From an uncultured Chloroflexia bacterium (lineage in GTDB: Bacteria; Chloroflexota; Dehalococcoidia; UBA2979): 64,000 nt of DNA. Shown piece by piece: positions 32,819-42,013 of the stretch; position 1 is the stretch's first letter, and every line of letters starts with the position of its first letter. The translations under genes and the position numbers were made by a program. The notes under the pieces were generated by a model that was not told the origin of the DNA, made no database searches, and saw only the letters and a program-made list of their open reading frames with translations. The DNA is taken from assembly GCA_963728205.1 (NCBI GenBank), contig CAVSIV010000002.1, positions 544,001 through 608,000 on the forward strand. The letters are read 5' to 3'.

Positions 32819-34248
32819 AACGCAGTCAGGCGTGAGCGGGGGCTAGCCGCCGGCCCCGGTTCCTCCCTTTCCCCACCGGCGCGGGCCCGCGCCGGGACGC
32901 CCATCACGAGCGTCCCCGGCGGTACGTCGCGCGTGACGACCGACCCCGCGGCCGTGCGCGCGCCCGCTCCGAGCTCCACGGGAGCGACGAGCACCGAGTC
33001 GCTGCCGATGAACGCGCCGTCCCCGACGCGCGTCCGGTGCTTCGCCTCTCCATCGTAATTTGCGGTGATTGTCCCTGCGCCGACGTTCACGTCGGCGCCC
33101 ACGTCGGCGTCGCCGATGTACGAGAAGTGCCCCACGGCCGTGCGCGCACCGATGCGCGAGGCCTTCACCTCGACGTAGTTCCCGAGGTGCGCGCCGCGCT
33201 CGATCACCGCGCCGGGACGCAGATGGCAGTACGGCCCGACGGTCACGTCGTCCGCCAGCGTCGCCCCCTCGAGCGTCGAGCCGTCGATCTCGCAGCCGGC
33301 GCCGACGACGGTGTCGCGCAGCACGGCGTTCGGCCCGACGCGGCAGCCTGCGCCGAGGCGCGTGCGACCGAGCAGGTAGGTACCCGGGAAGATCGTGGTG
33401 TCCGCGCCGACCGTCACGCCGGCGTCGACGTAGGTGGCAGGCGGGTCGATCAGCGTGACGCCCTCGTCCATCAACCGGCGGCGGATGCGCTCGCGCAGCA
33501 GCTGGTCGCTCTTGGCGAGGTCGGCCCGTGTGTTCACCTGCTGGACCTCGGCCGCCTCCTGCGCCTGGTAGGTCTGCACGCCGCCGTCGCGCACGGCCCG
33601 CGCAATCAGGTCCCCGAGGTTGCGCTCGCCGCGCGGCCCGGCCTCGAGCGCGACGAGGCTCGCCCACAGCCACGACGCCTCGGCGGCGTAGAGGCCGACG
33701 CTCACCTCGGGCTCCCCGCGCGTGACGGCGTCGGTCTCCGCGTCCTCGACGATCCCGTCGATGCGGCCGTTGCGACGCACGACGCGCGCGTACCCGGTGG
33801 GGTCGTCCAAGTAGGCGGAGAGGAACGTCAGCACGGCGCCGCTCGCGAGGTGCCGCTCGGCCGTCTCGCGCAGCGTGCGCACGGTGATCAGCGGCAGGTC
33901 GGCGTTCACGATCAGCAGGCGGCCGGCCTCGCCGACCGACTGGCGCGCGGCGAGCGCCGCGTGGCCGGTGCCGAGCGGCTCGTCCTGCGTCGCGACCGCC
34001 ACGCCCGGCCCCACGGCCTCCGCGATCGCGTCGCGGTCGGCGCCGGCGACGACGGCGACGCGGCCGACGCCGGCCTCGCGGAGCGAGTCGCACACGAGGC
34101 GCACCATCGGCACGCCCGCCACGGGCTGCAGCACCTTCGAGCGTGCGGAGCGCATGCGCGTGCCGCGGCCCGCCGCGAGGACGATCGCCGACCAGCCGTC
34201 GAGAGCGACGGCGCCGGCGCGGGGACTATGGGGGAACGGATCGCTCAT
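32788..34248 (-). CDS. glmU: Bifunctional UDP-GlcNAc pyrophosphorylase/GlcN-1-P acetyltransferase
   Basis: LAAGRGTRM, Q.EPLGTGHA, hexapeptide repeats, HFSYIGDA, NYDG..KH.T. Confidence 0.93.
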   Translation of the reverse strand: MSDPFPHSPRAGAVALDGWSAIVLAAGRGTRMRSARSKVLQPVAGVPMVRLVCDSLREAGVGRVAVVAGADRDAIAEAVGPGVAVATQDEPLGTGHAALAARQSVGEAGRLLIVNADLPLITVRTLRETAERHLASGAVLTFLSAYLDDPTGYARVVRRNGRIDGIVEDAETDAVTRGEPEVSVGLYAAEASWLWASLVALEAGPRGERNLGDLIARAVRDGGVQTYQAQEAAEVQQVNTRADLAKSDQLLRERIRRRLMDEGVTLIDPPATYVDAGVTVGADTTIFPGTYLLGRTRLGAGCRVGPNAVLRDTVVGAGCEIDGSTLEGATLADDVTVGPYCHLRPGAVIERGAHLGNYVEVKASRIGARTAVGHFSYIGDADVGADVNVGAGTITANYDGEAKHRTRVGDGAFIGSDSVLVAPVELGAGARTAAGSVVTRDVPPGTLVMGVPARARAGGEREEPGPAASPRSRLTAFWIPACSSPS

Positions 34249-34392
34249 CTCGCGACGCGGCCCGAACGGGCGGTCGGAGGGCGGGCGGACGCCGGGCGGA
34301 GCGGACGCGGCGGAGCCGAGTGGTCGCAGCTGATGATCGTCACCTCGAGCCGGCCCCACTGCGCGAGCGCGCGAGGCGCCAACGCTCGAAAA

Positions 34393-34422
34393 TTGACCGG
34401 CAAATCGTGCCCATTCTACACT
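34393..34422 (+). promoter_or_regulatory. Sigma70 promoter TTGACC-N18-TACACT for the alaS operon; overlapping minus-strand TAGAAT toward glmU
   Basis: Hexamers at 34393-34398 and 34417-34422; attcta at 34413-34418. Confidence 0.6.
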
Positions 34423-34529
34423 CCGGCGACGCCTCGACTCTAGCCTGCGGGGGACACGTTTCGACCGAACCCGCCGAGCGCGCGGCCCCCACGCCGCGCC
34501 CGGCGCCGGCACGACAAGGACGCGCGGCA

Positions 34530-37205
34530 GTGACCATCGACGAACTGCGTCGCGCCTTCCTCGAGTTCTTCGAAGCGCGCGGCCACCGCCGCATCCCCTC
34601 CTCGTCGCTCGTCCCGCACGGCGATCCCACGCTGCTCTTCACCACCGCCGGCATGGTGCAGTTCAAGCCCTACTTCATGGGGCTCGAAGAGCCGCCGGCG
34701 TCGCGCCTCACCTCGATCCAGCGCTGCTTCCGCACCGTCGACGTCGAGAACATCGGCGACGCCAGCCACCTCACGCTGTTCGAGATGCTCGGCAACTTCT
34801 CCGTCGGCGACTACTTCAAGCCCGACGCCATCGCGTGGGCGTGGGAGTTCGTCACCGGGGTGCTCGGCGTCGACCCCGATCGCCTCTACGCCACCGTCTT
34901 CACCGACGACGACGAGGCGTTCGACCTCTGGCGGGCGCAGGGCGTGCCGGCGGAGCGCATCCTTCGCTACAACGCCGAGCAGGGGAACTGGTGGGGGCCG
35001 CCGGGCGATAGCGGCCCCTGCGGGCCGTGCTCCGAGCTGCACTACGACTGGGGCGAGATGCCCGGCTGCGCGCACTGCACCGACGGCACCTGCCACCCGG
35101 ATATCGAATGCGGGCGCTTCCTCGAGATCTGGAACCTCGTCTTCATGACGCTCTACCAGGACGACGACGGCACGCGCACGCCGCTGCCGGCGGCGAACAT
35201 CGACACCGGAGCGGGGCTGGAGCGGCTGAACTCCGTGCTCGTCGGCGCGCGCAGCGTCTACGAGACCGACGAGCTGCGCGGCATCGTCGCGCGTGCCGAG
35301 GAGGTCTCGCACCGCCGCTACGACCCCGACGAGAGCCCCGAGGTCGCTCGCGCGCTGCGCTCGATCGCCGAGCACTCGCGCGCGATCGCGTTCCTCGTCA
35401 CCGACGGCGTGCTGCCGAGCAACGAGGGCCGCGGCTACGTGCTGCGCCGCGTGCTGCGCCGCGCCGTCTACTTCGGCCACCGCATCGGGCTGCGCGAGCC
35501 GTTCCTCGACCGCACCGTCGACGCCGCGATCGAGGCCTCGCTCGCGGCGAACCCGGAGCTCGCGGAGCAGCGCGAGTTCATCCGCCGCGTCGCGGCCGTC
35601 GAGGAGGCACGCTTCACGGCGGCCCTCGCGCGCGGCCTAGAGCTGCTCGACGACGTGATCGAGCGCGAAGCCGCGACGAAGCGCATCCCCGGCCGCGATA
35701 TGTTCGTGCTCTACGACACGCACGGCCTGCCGCCCGAGCTCACCCGCGAGGTGGCCACGTCGCGCGGGTACGCGGTCGACGACGAGGGCTTCGAGCGCGA
35801 GATGGCCGCGCAGCGCGAGCGCTCGCGCGGGCAGGCGGACTTCGGCGGCGTCGAGGACGATCGCGCGCTGCGCTACGCCGCCCTCGGCGTCGAATCGAAG
35901 TTCCGCGGCTACGAGACGCTCGAGACGCAGTCGGAGGTGATTGCGCTCGCGCTCGACGGCCGCCCGGTCGACCGGCTGGAGGCCGGTGCCGAGGGCGAGC
36001 TCGCGCTCGCGGCGACGAGCTTCTATCCGGAGGGCGGCGGCCAGGTCGGCGATCACGGCGAGATCGTGACGCCGGGCGGCCGCTTCGAGGTGCGCGACAC
36101 GCAGCGCCTCGGCGAGGCGATCGTGCACGTCGGCCGCGTGACCGAAGGTGCGATCGCGACGGGCGACGTGGCGGAGGCACGCGTCGACCCGACGTGGCGC
36201 AACGGCTCCGCACGCAACCACACGGGCACGCACCTGCTGCACGCCGCGCTGCGCGAGGTGCTCGGCACGCACGTGCGGCAGGCCGGCTCCTACGTCGGCC
36301 CCGACCGCCTCCGTTTCGATTACACGCATCCCGAGGCGCCGAGCGCGGAGCAGATGCGCCGCATCCAGCGCATCGTGAACCAGAAGATTCGCGAGGACAT
36401 CGCGCGCGAGACGCTGGTCCTGCCGTATGAGGAGGCGATCGAACGCGGGGCGCTTGCCTTTTTCGAGGACCGTTACACGAGCGAAGTGCGCATGGTCGAG
36501 TACTGCGAGGCGCGCGGCCACGGCCACGAGCACACCGCGCGCTGCTTCAGCCGCGAGCTCTGCGGGGGCACGCATCTCCACTCCACGGGCGAGGTCGGCT
36601 TCCTGCAGGTCGTGAGCGACTCGAGCATCGGCGCCGGCCTGCGTCGCATCGAGGCCGTGACCGGACCGGAGGCCGAGCGCTTCGTCGAGGAGCGCATGGA
36701 CGCGCTGAACGCGCTCTCGCGACGCTTCCGCGTCCCGCCGCTCGAGGTGCTCGCGCGGGTCGACGCCATGGAGGCGCAGCTCGCCGCCGAGCGCAAGCGG
36801 GCGGAGGACGCCGAGCGGCGCGTGTCGGCCGGCACGGCCGACGATCTCGCGGCACAGGCCGAGACGATCGTGGGCACGCACGTGCTCGTCGCGCGCGTCG
36901 AGGTGGAGTCGGCCGATGCGCTGCGACCGATGGTCGACCGCCTGCGCGCTAAGCTCGGCAGCGCGTTCATTACGCTGGGCGCAGACGTCGGAGGTCGGCC
37001 GATGTTCATCGCCGCCGCCACGGACGACGTGGTGGCACGCGGACTGCGGGCGGACGAGGTGGTGCGCGCCGCCGCAGCACTTACCGGTGGGGGCGGGGGC
37101 GGACGCCCGCAGATGGCACAGGCCGGGGGCCGCGACGCGTCGCGGCTCGACGACGCCCTCGAGGTCGCACGACGCACGGCCCGGGAGCGCCTGGCCGGGA
37201 AGTAG
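34530..37205 (+). CDS. alaS: Alanine-tRNA ligase
   Basis: DPTLLFTTAGMVQFK, FEMLGNFS, GPCGPCSE, DTGAGLER, NHTGTHLLH, ELCGGTH, GGGGRPQMAQAGG. Confidence 0.98.
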   Translation: MTIDELRRAFLEFFEARGHRRIPSSSLVPHGDPTLLFTTAGMVQFKPYFMGLEEPPASRLTSIQRCFRTVDVENIGDASHLTLFEMLGNFSVGDYFKPDAIAWAWEFVTGVLGVDPDRLYATVFTDDDEAFDLWRAQGVPAERILRYNAEQGNWWGPPGDSGPCGPCSELHYDWGEMPGCAHCTDGTCHPDIECGRFLEIWNLVFMTLYQDDDGTRTPLPAANIDTGAGLERLNSVLVGARSVYETDELRGIVARAEEVSHRRYDPDESPEVARALRSIAEHSRAIAFLVTDGVLPSNEGRGYVLRRVLRRAVYFGHRIGLREPFLDRTVDAAIEASLAANPELAEQREFIRRVAAVEEARFTAALARGLELLDDVIEREAATKRIPGRDMFVLYDTHGLPPELTREVATSRGYAVDDEGFEREMAAQRERSRGQADFGGVEDDRALRYAALGVESKFRGYETLETQSEVIALALDGRPVDRLEAGAEGELALAATSFYPEGGGQVGDHGEIVTPGGRFEVRDTQRLGEAIVHVGRVTEGAIATGDVAEARVDPTWRNGSARNHTGTHLLHAALREVLGTHVRQAGSYVGPDRLRFDYTHPEAPSAEQMRRIQRIVNQKIREDIARETLVLPYEEAIERGALAFFEDRYTSEVRMVEYCEARGHGHEHTARCFSRELCGGTHLHSTGEVGFLQVVSDSSIGAGLRRIEAVTGPEAERFVEERMDALNALSRRFRVPPLEVLARVDAMEAQLAAERKRAEDAERRVSAGTADDLAAQAETIVGTHVLVARVEVESADALRPMVDRLRAKLGSAFITLGADVGGRPMFIAAATDDVVARGLRADEVVRAAAALTGGGGGGRPQMAQAGGRDASRLDDALEVARRTARERLAGK

Positions 37206-37211
37206 CCCGCC

Positions 37212-38888
37212 ATGTCCCAGACGCCCGACCCCATGCAGGATGCCGTCCGCCGGTTCCGCACGGCCGCGGCCGCGACCGGCCGCTGGCTGCGGGCGGCCGC
37301 GCAAGCCGCCGGCCGCGGCGCGCGCCGCGCCTGGCTCTACCACCCGCGGCTCCTGCCGCCCGAGCCGATGCGCGACCCCTACGCGACGGTGATCGCGGCC
37401 GACGACGACGACCTCGCGTCGGTCACCGGCCGCATCGACACCGCGCCGGCGATGAACGTCGTCCTCGTGATCCCCGCGCGCGCCCGCGGGCTGCGCGAGG
37501 CGGGCATCTGGCCCCACGTCGCCGCGCACGTGCGGCGCCGCGGGATCGCCCTCGGCGTCGTCTGCACGCGACGCGACGTGCGCGGCTACGCGCGCGAGAA
37601 CGGCCTCGCCGCCGCACGCTCGATCGCGCGCCTCTTCGCTCCGGCGCGCCGCCGCGTCGCGTTCGGCGATTACGCGGTCGTCATCCCGCATCTGCCGGCG
37701 CGCCGCGTCAGCACCGCCGTGATCGCGCTCGCACTCGTCGTCGCAGTCGGCTTCGTCGGCTGCGTCGCCGTGCCGTCCGCGCAGGTCGTCCTCGTCCCGC
37801 AGGGCCAGGCACTGACGACGTCGCTCCAGGTGCGGCTGAGCACGATCGCCAACACCAGCGACCTCAGCAACGCGCTCGCGCCGGCGTCGCCGCTGCGCAT
37901 CGTCGTGCACACCGTCGTCTCCACGACCGCGACCGGGAAGGCGGACATCCCCGACCAGGCGGCCACCGTGGATCTGACGGTGGAGAACGGGTCGGGCGGC
38001 GCGTTGACCGTGCCCGCCGGAACGCGCGTGACGACCGACGACGGCATCGCGTTCGCGACCACTGGCGCGATCGACGTCCCGCCGAAGCAGCTCGGCACCG
38101 TATCGGCCGCGGCGATCCAGCCCGGCACCGGCGGCAACGTGAAGGCCGGCGCGCTCACCCACGCCGAGGGGCTCGCGGACGGCGTGACGATCACCAACCG
38201 GCGCGCGGCGACCGGTGGGACGGACAAGGCCGTCTCCGCCGTCTCGCAGGACGACTTCGATCGCATCGGCGGCATCGCGACCGAGGTGCTGCGCCGCGTC
38301 GCGGAGCGCGAGCTCGCGGCGACGATGAGCGACAGCGGAACGGTCTTCCCCCAGACCGTGAACGTCGCGATCCTGAGCCAGACGCCGCTCACGAACGTCG
38401 GCGACCCGGCGGATGCCGTGATGATGGAGTACCGGGCCGTGGCGACCGCGCTCGCGCTGCCCGAGGACACGCTCCGCACGCTCGCGGAGGAGATGCTGCA
38501 GCGCGCGGCCCCGCCGGGCTACACGGTGCTGCCGGGCACCGCCGACGCGCGCGTGATCGGCGACGCCTCCGCCGACAAGTCCGGCGCGGTCGACGTGCGA
38601 CTGCGGGCAACCGGCAGCGTCGTGCCGGAGCTCGCGGCGACCAGCCTGCGCGCGGCGATCGCGGGGGAGCGTCCCGGCACGGCGGCCGCTCAGCTCCAGG
38701 AGCGGCTGCACCTGCAGTCGCCGCCGGAGATCCACCTGACCCCCGAGATCGTCCCGTGGCAGTGGCTGCCGCGGCGCGCGAGCCGCATCTCGATCGTCCT
38801 CGGTGCGCCGGCCACCCCGGAGCCGACGCCGACCGCGACACCCACCCCCGTGTCGACCGCCGTCACCACCGCGGCGCTGACGCAGTGA
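37212..38888 (+). CDS. Membrane-anchored baseplate J/gp47-like protein
   Basis: Single TM near aa 170-190, then VPAGTRVTT..G..F.T...A.QPGTGGNV.AG...V.ITN...TGGTD, a pattern I recognise from baseplate-J folds. Confidence 0.7.
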   Translation: MSQTPDPMQDAVRRFRTAAAATGRWLRAAAQAAGRGARRAWLYHPRLLPPEPMRDPYATVIAADDDDLASVTGRIDTAPAMNVVLVIPARARGLREAGIWPHVAAHVRRRGIALGVVCTRRDVRGYARENGLAAARSIARLFAPARRRVAFGDYAVVIPHLPARRVSTAVIALALVVAVGFVGCVAVPSAQVVLVPQGQALTTSLQVRLSTIANTSDLSNALAPASPLRIVVHTVVSTTATGKADIPDQAATVDLTVENGSGGALTVPAGTRVTTDDGIAFATTGAIDVPPKQLGTVSAAAIQPGTGGNVKAGALTHAEGLADGVTITNRRAATGGTDKAVSAVSQDDFDRIGGIATEVLRRVAERELAATMSDSGTVFPQTVNVAILSQTPLTNVGDPADAVMMEYRAVATALALPEDTLRTLAEEMLQRAAPPGYTVLPGTADARVIGDASADKSGAVDVRLRATGSVVPELAATSLRAAIAGERPGTAAAQLQERLHLQSPPEIHLTPEIVPWQWLPRRASRISIVLGAPATPEPTPTATPTPVSTAVTTAALTQ

Positions 38889-39304
38889 CGCAGGTGCGGT
38901 GGCTGGGCGTCGATGCGGGCGAGGCGCGCGTCGGGCTCGCAATCTGCGACCCGGACGAGCGCATCGCCGTGCCGCTCGAGATCGTCCCCGCCTCCGCCGC
39001 CTTCCCCGCGATTCGCGCGATCGTCGCGCGGGAGGACGTGCGCGGGCTCGTGGTCGGCCTGCCGCTGACGATGGCCGGCGCCGAGGGCGAAGCCGCGCGC
39101 ATGGCGCGCCGGCTCGGTGAGCGCATCGCCCGCGCGCTCGCGCTGCCGGTGGAGTACGAGGACGAGCGTCTCACCACCGTCGCGGCCGAGGAGCGCAGCC
39201 TGCGCCGCGGCCACCAGGACGACCTCGCGGCCGCAATCCTGCTGCAGCAGTTCCTCGACCACCGCCGAACGACACGGACCCCGGGTGGCCATGCCCCGGC
39301 GTGA
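38885..39304 (+). CDS. ruvX: Holliday junction resolvase-like / pre-16S rRNA nuclease YqgF
   Basis: LGVDAGEARVGLA, VVGLP, DERLTT, DDLAAAILLQ. Confidence 0.93.
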   Translation: MTQVRWLGVDAGEARVGLAICDPDERIAVPLEIVPASAAFPAIRAIVAREDVRGLVVGLPLTMAGAEGEAARMARRLGERIARALALPVEYEDERLTTVAAEERSLRRGHQDDLAAAILLQQFLDHRRTTRTPGGHAPA

Positions 39305-40388
39305 CGCGCGCACCGTCGCGCTCGTCGCGCTCGGTGCGTGGACGCTGATCGTCGCGGGCGCGCTGGGGGCGCTCCTCGCGCGCACGCCGGCGCGCGTCGC
39401 CGCGGCGATCGCCGCCGGGCACGCGCCCACCGAAGCGCCGCCCTCGACGCAGACCGTCGAGATCGTGGTCGACCGGGGCGCATCGGCGGATGACATCGCG
39501 AAGCAGCTCGTGCAGCAGGGCGTGCTCGACAACGACGCACGCTTCGCGACGCTCCTCGCGCTCACGGGCGTCGGCGCGCAGCTGCAGGCGGGGCGCTACG
39601 AGCTGCCGGCACACACCCCGGCCTCGGAGGTGCTGCGCCGGCTGCAGCTCGGGCTCACCGCGCAGCACCTCGTCGCGGTACCCGAGGGCCTGCGGCTCGA
39701 GGAGATCGGCGCGATCTTCGTGAAGCAGGGCGTCTTCACGCAGGAGCAGTGGGATGCGGCGCTTGCGAAGCCGCACGACGAGCCGTTCCTCGCGGACCGG
39801 CCGGCGGACGCGTCGCTGAACGGCTACCTCCTGCCGGCGAGCTACCCCGTCACCACCAAGACCACCGCCGACGACGTCGTGCAGGCGATGCTCAAGCACT
39901 TCGGCGACCTCGTCACGCCGGACCTGATCGCCGATGCGAAGGCCCGCAACATGTCGCTGCACGAGGTCGTCACGCTCGCGTCGATCGTCGAGCGCGAGGC
40001 GGCGGTCGCGAAAGACCAGCCCCTGGTCGCGTCGGTCTTCCTCAACCGGCTCGACCAGGGGATCGCCCTGCAGGCCGACCCGACGGTCCAGTACGCGATC
40101 GCGACGCCGGAGAGCGTAAAGCAGTACGGCTGGTGGAAGCACGACCCGACGCCCGAGGACCTGCAGGTCGACTCGCCGTACAACACGTACCTCCACGCGG
40201 GCCTCCCGCCGGGCCCGATCTCGAACCCCGGCATCGACGCCATCAAGGCCGTGATCCGCGCGCCCAAGACCGACTACCTCTACTTCGTCGCCTCCCCCGC
40301 GTGCGACGGAACGCACCGCTTCGCCGCTACGCTCGCCGAGCACAACGCGAACGTGCAGGCGTACCTGCAGTCGCCGTGCGGGCAGTGA
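39291..40388 (+). CDS. mltG: Endolytic transglycosylase MltG
   Basis: VPEGL, LASIVERE, SVFLNRL, LQADPTVQY, SPYNTY...GLPPGPISNPG. Confidence 0.95.
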   Translation: MPRRDARTVALVALGAWTLIVAGALGALLARTPARVAAAIAAGHAPTEAPPSTQTVEIVVDRGASADDIAKQLVQQGVLDNDARFATLLALTGVGAQLQAGRYELPAHTPASEVLRRLQLGLTAQHLVAVPEGLRLEEIGAIFVKQGVFTQEQWDAALAKPHDEPFLADRPADASLNGYLLPASYPVTTKTTADDVVQAMLKHFGDLVTPDLIADAKARNMSLHEVVTLASIVEREAAVAKDQPLVASVFLNRLDQGIALQADPTVQYAIATPESVKQYGWWKHDPTPEDLQVDSPYNTYLHAGLPPGPISNPGIDAIKAVIRAPKTDYLYFVASPACDGTHRFAATLAEHNANVQAYLQSPCGQ

Positions 40389-40407
40389 CGGGCAGAGGAA
40401 CGGGCGC

Positions 40408-41256
40408 GTGACCCAGACCATCGCCCTGATCGGGCACCCCGTCGCGCACTCGCTGTCGCCGCACTTCCAGCAGGCCGCGCTCGACGCGCTCGCGATCGAC
40501 GCGCGCTACGAGGCGTGGGACGTCACGTCCGCCGACCTGCCGATCGCGGTCGAGCGGCTGCGCTCCGGCTCGCTGCTCGGCGCGAACGTGACCGTCCCGC
40601 ACAAGGTGGCGGTGATGCGGCTGATCGACCGGCCGGACGCGCTCGCCGAGCGCGTCGGCGCGGTGAACACGATCGTCCGGCGCGACGGCCTGCTGCAGGC
40701 GACGAACACCGACGTCGCGGGCGTGCGCCGCGCGCTGGCCGACGCCGGCGCGACCGTCGCCGGCGCGCGCGTCGTGCTGCTCGGCGCCGGCGGCGCCGCG
40801 CGCGCGGTCGTCGTCGCGCTGCGCGACGACGGCGCCGCGCACCTGACGATCGCGAACCGCACGCTCGACCGCGCGCGCGCGCTCGCGCGGCTCGGCGGCG
40901 AGTCGCTCGCGGTCGACGTGTGCGCGCTCGATGCCGCCGCGCCCGCGCTGCGCGCCGCCATGCGCGATGCACAGATCGTCGTGCAGGCGACGTCGCTCGG
41001 GCTGCCGCACGCGGCGGATGCCGATCGCTCGCCCGTGCCGGGCGACCTGTTCGTCGCCGGCCAGGTCGCGTTCGACCTGGTCTACGGCGCGGCGCCCACG
41101 CCGTTCCTGCGCGCGGCCGCGGCAGCCGGCGCGCGCACCGTGGACGGGCTCGCGATGCTCGTCCACCAGGGCGCGGAGTCGTTCCGCCTGTGGACGGGAC
41201 ACGAGCCTCCGCTTGACGTAATGTTCGCGGCCGCACAAGCCGCGCTCGCGTCCTGA
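40408..41256 (+). CDS. aroE: Shikimate dehydrogenase
   Basis: GHPVAHSLSP, GANVTVPHK, GAVNT, NTD, GAGGAARA, GLAMLVHQG. Confidence 0.96.
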   Translation: MTQTIALIGHPVAHSLSPHFQQAALDALAIDARYEAWDVTSADLPIAVERLRSGSLLGANVTVPHKVAVMRLIDRPDALAERVGAVNTIVRRDGLLQATNTDVAGVRRALADAGATVAGARVVLLGAGGAARAVVVALRDDGAAHLTIANRTLDRARALARLGGESLAVDVCALDAAAPALRAAMRDAQIVVQATSLGLPHAADADRSPVPGDLFVAGQVAFDLVYGAAPTPFLRAAAAAGARTVDGLAMLVHQGAESFRLWTGHEPPLDVMFAAAQAALAS

Positions 41257-41338
41257 CTCGACGGCAGTCGACGGTCGCACGACACTGGCACGGCGCTGCG
41301 CCGCGTGCGCGGCGGTTCGGCGCCGGCAGGGAGCACTG

Positions 41339-42013
41339 ATGGGCCTCGGGTTCGCGATCGTGATGATCCTGCTCTTCGGGTCGCTGCTCGGCTTCATGGT
41401 CGTGCAGGCGAAGTTCGCCGCCCGCAAGTGGGAGCAGGTGCTCGCGGCCGGGGACCGCGATGCGCTCGACCAGCTGCTCGACGCCACCTTCGAGTCGTGG
41501 CGCGCCGGCCGCGCGCCGAAGGGCATGCCGCCGGCGGACTGGCGCGCGCTGCACACGGCGGCGGTGGTCGCCGCGGACCGCGAGCGCTGCCGCGTCTCGC
41601 TGATCGCCGGGCCGGACGTGCGGGTGATCGACGGCCGCCGGGTGGAGGTCGGCAGCGACCTCGACGTCGCGCGGCGCGCGGCCGTGCGCATGGCCGAGCG
41701 CATCTTCTACGAGATCCCACACGCCCACTTCGCACACGGGCAGGTCGACGTCTACGCCGAGTACCGCACGCCCGACGGCGAGCAGCACTCGACGTGCATT
41801 CTCACCACGCGCGCCTCGCGCGCCGAAGCGGCGGTCGCCGACTGGGACGCCGACGCCTCGGCGATCCTCGCGGACTGGCACACCGCAGCGTCGTCCGCGC
41901 GGGGCGGCGTCGACCCGGACGCCGACGCGCTGATCACCGAGGCCGAGGTCGACGCGGTCCGCGCCGCCGAGGAAGCCCTTCGCAACCAGCCACCGCAGGA
42001 GCCACGACGATGA
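41339..42013 (+). CDS. Hypothetical single-TM protein coupled to aroC
   Basis: GGGAG SD; N-terminal TM; ATGA overlap with aroC. Confidence 0.75.
   Translation: MGLGFAIVMILLFGSLLGFMVVQAKFAARKWEQVLAAGDRDALDQLLDATFESWRAGRAPKGMPPADWRALHTAAVVAADRERCRVSLIAGPDVRVIDGRRVEVGSDLDVARRAAVRMAERIFYEIPHAHFAHGQVDVYAEYRTPDGEQHSTCILTTRASRAEAAVADWDADASAILADWHTAASSARGGVDPDADALITEAEVDAVRAAEEALRNQPPQEPRR

Noticed and set aside
34430-34529. T-box leader before alaS (also looked for before pheS)
   Set aside because: No GGTGGnACC motif or terminator; only thrS has a T-box in this window.
37212-38888. Prophage or contractile injection system
   Set aside because: No other structural phage genes; the gene has a TM and is coupled to housekeeping genes.
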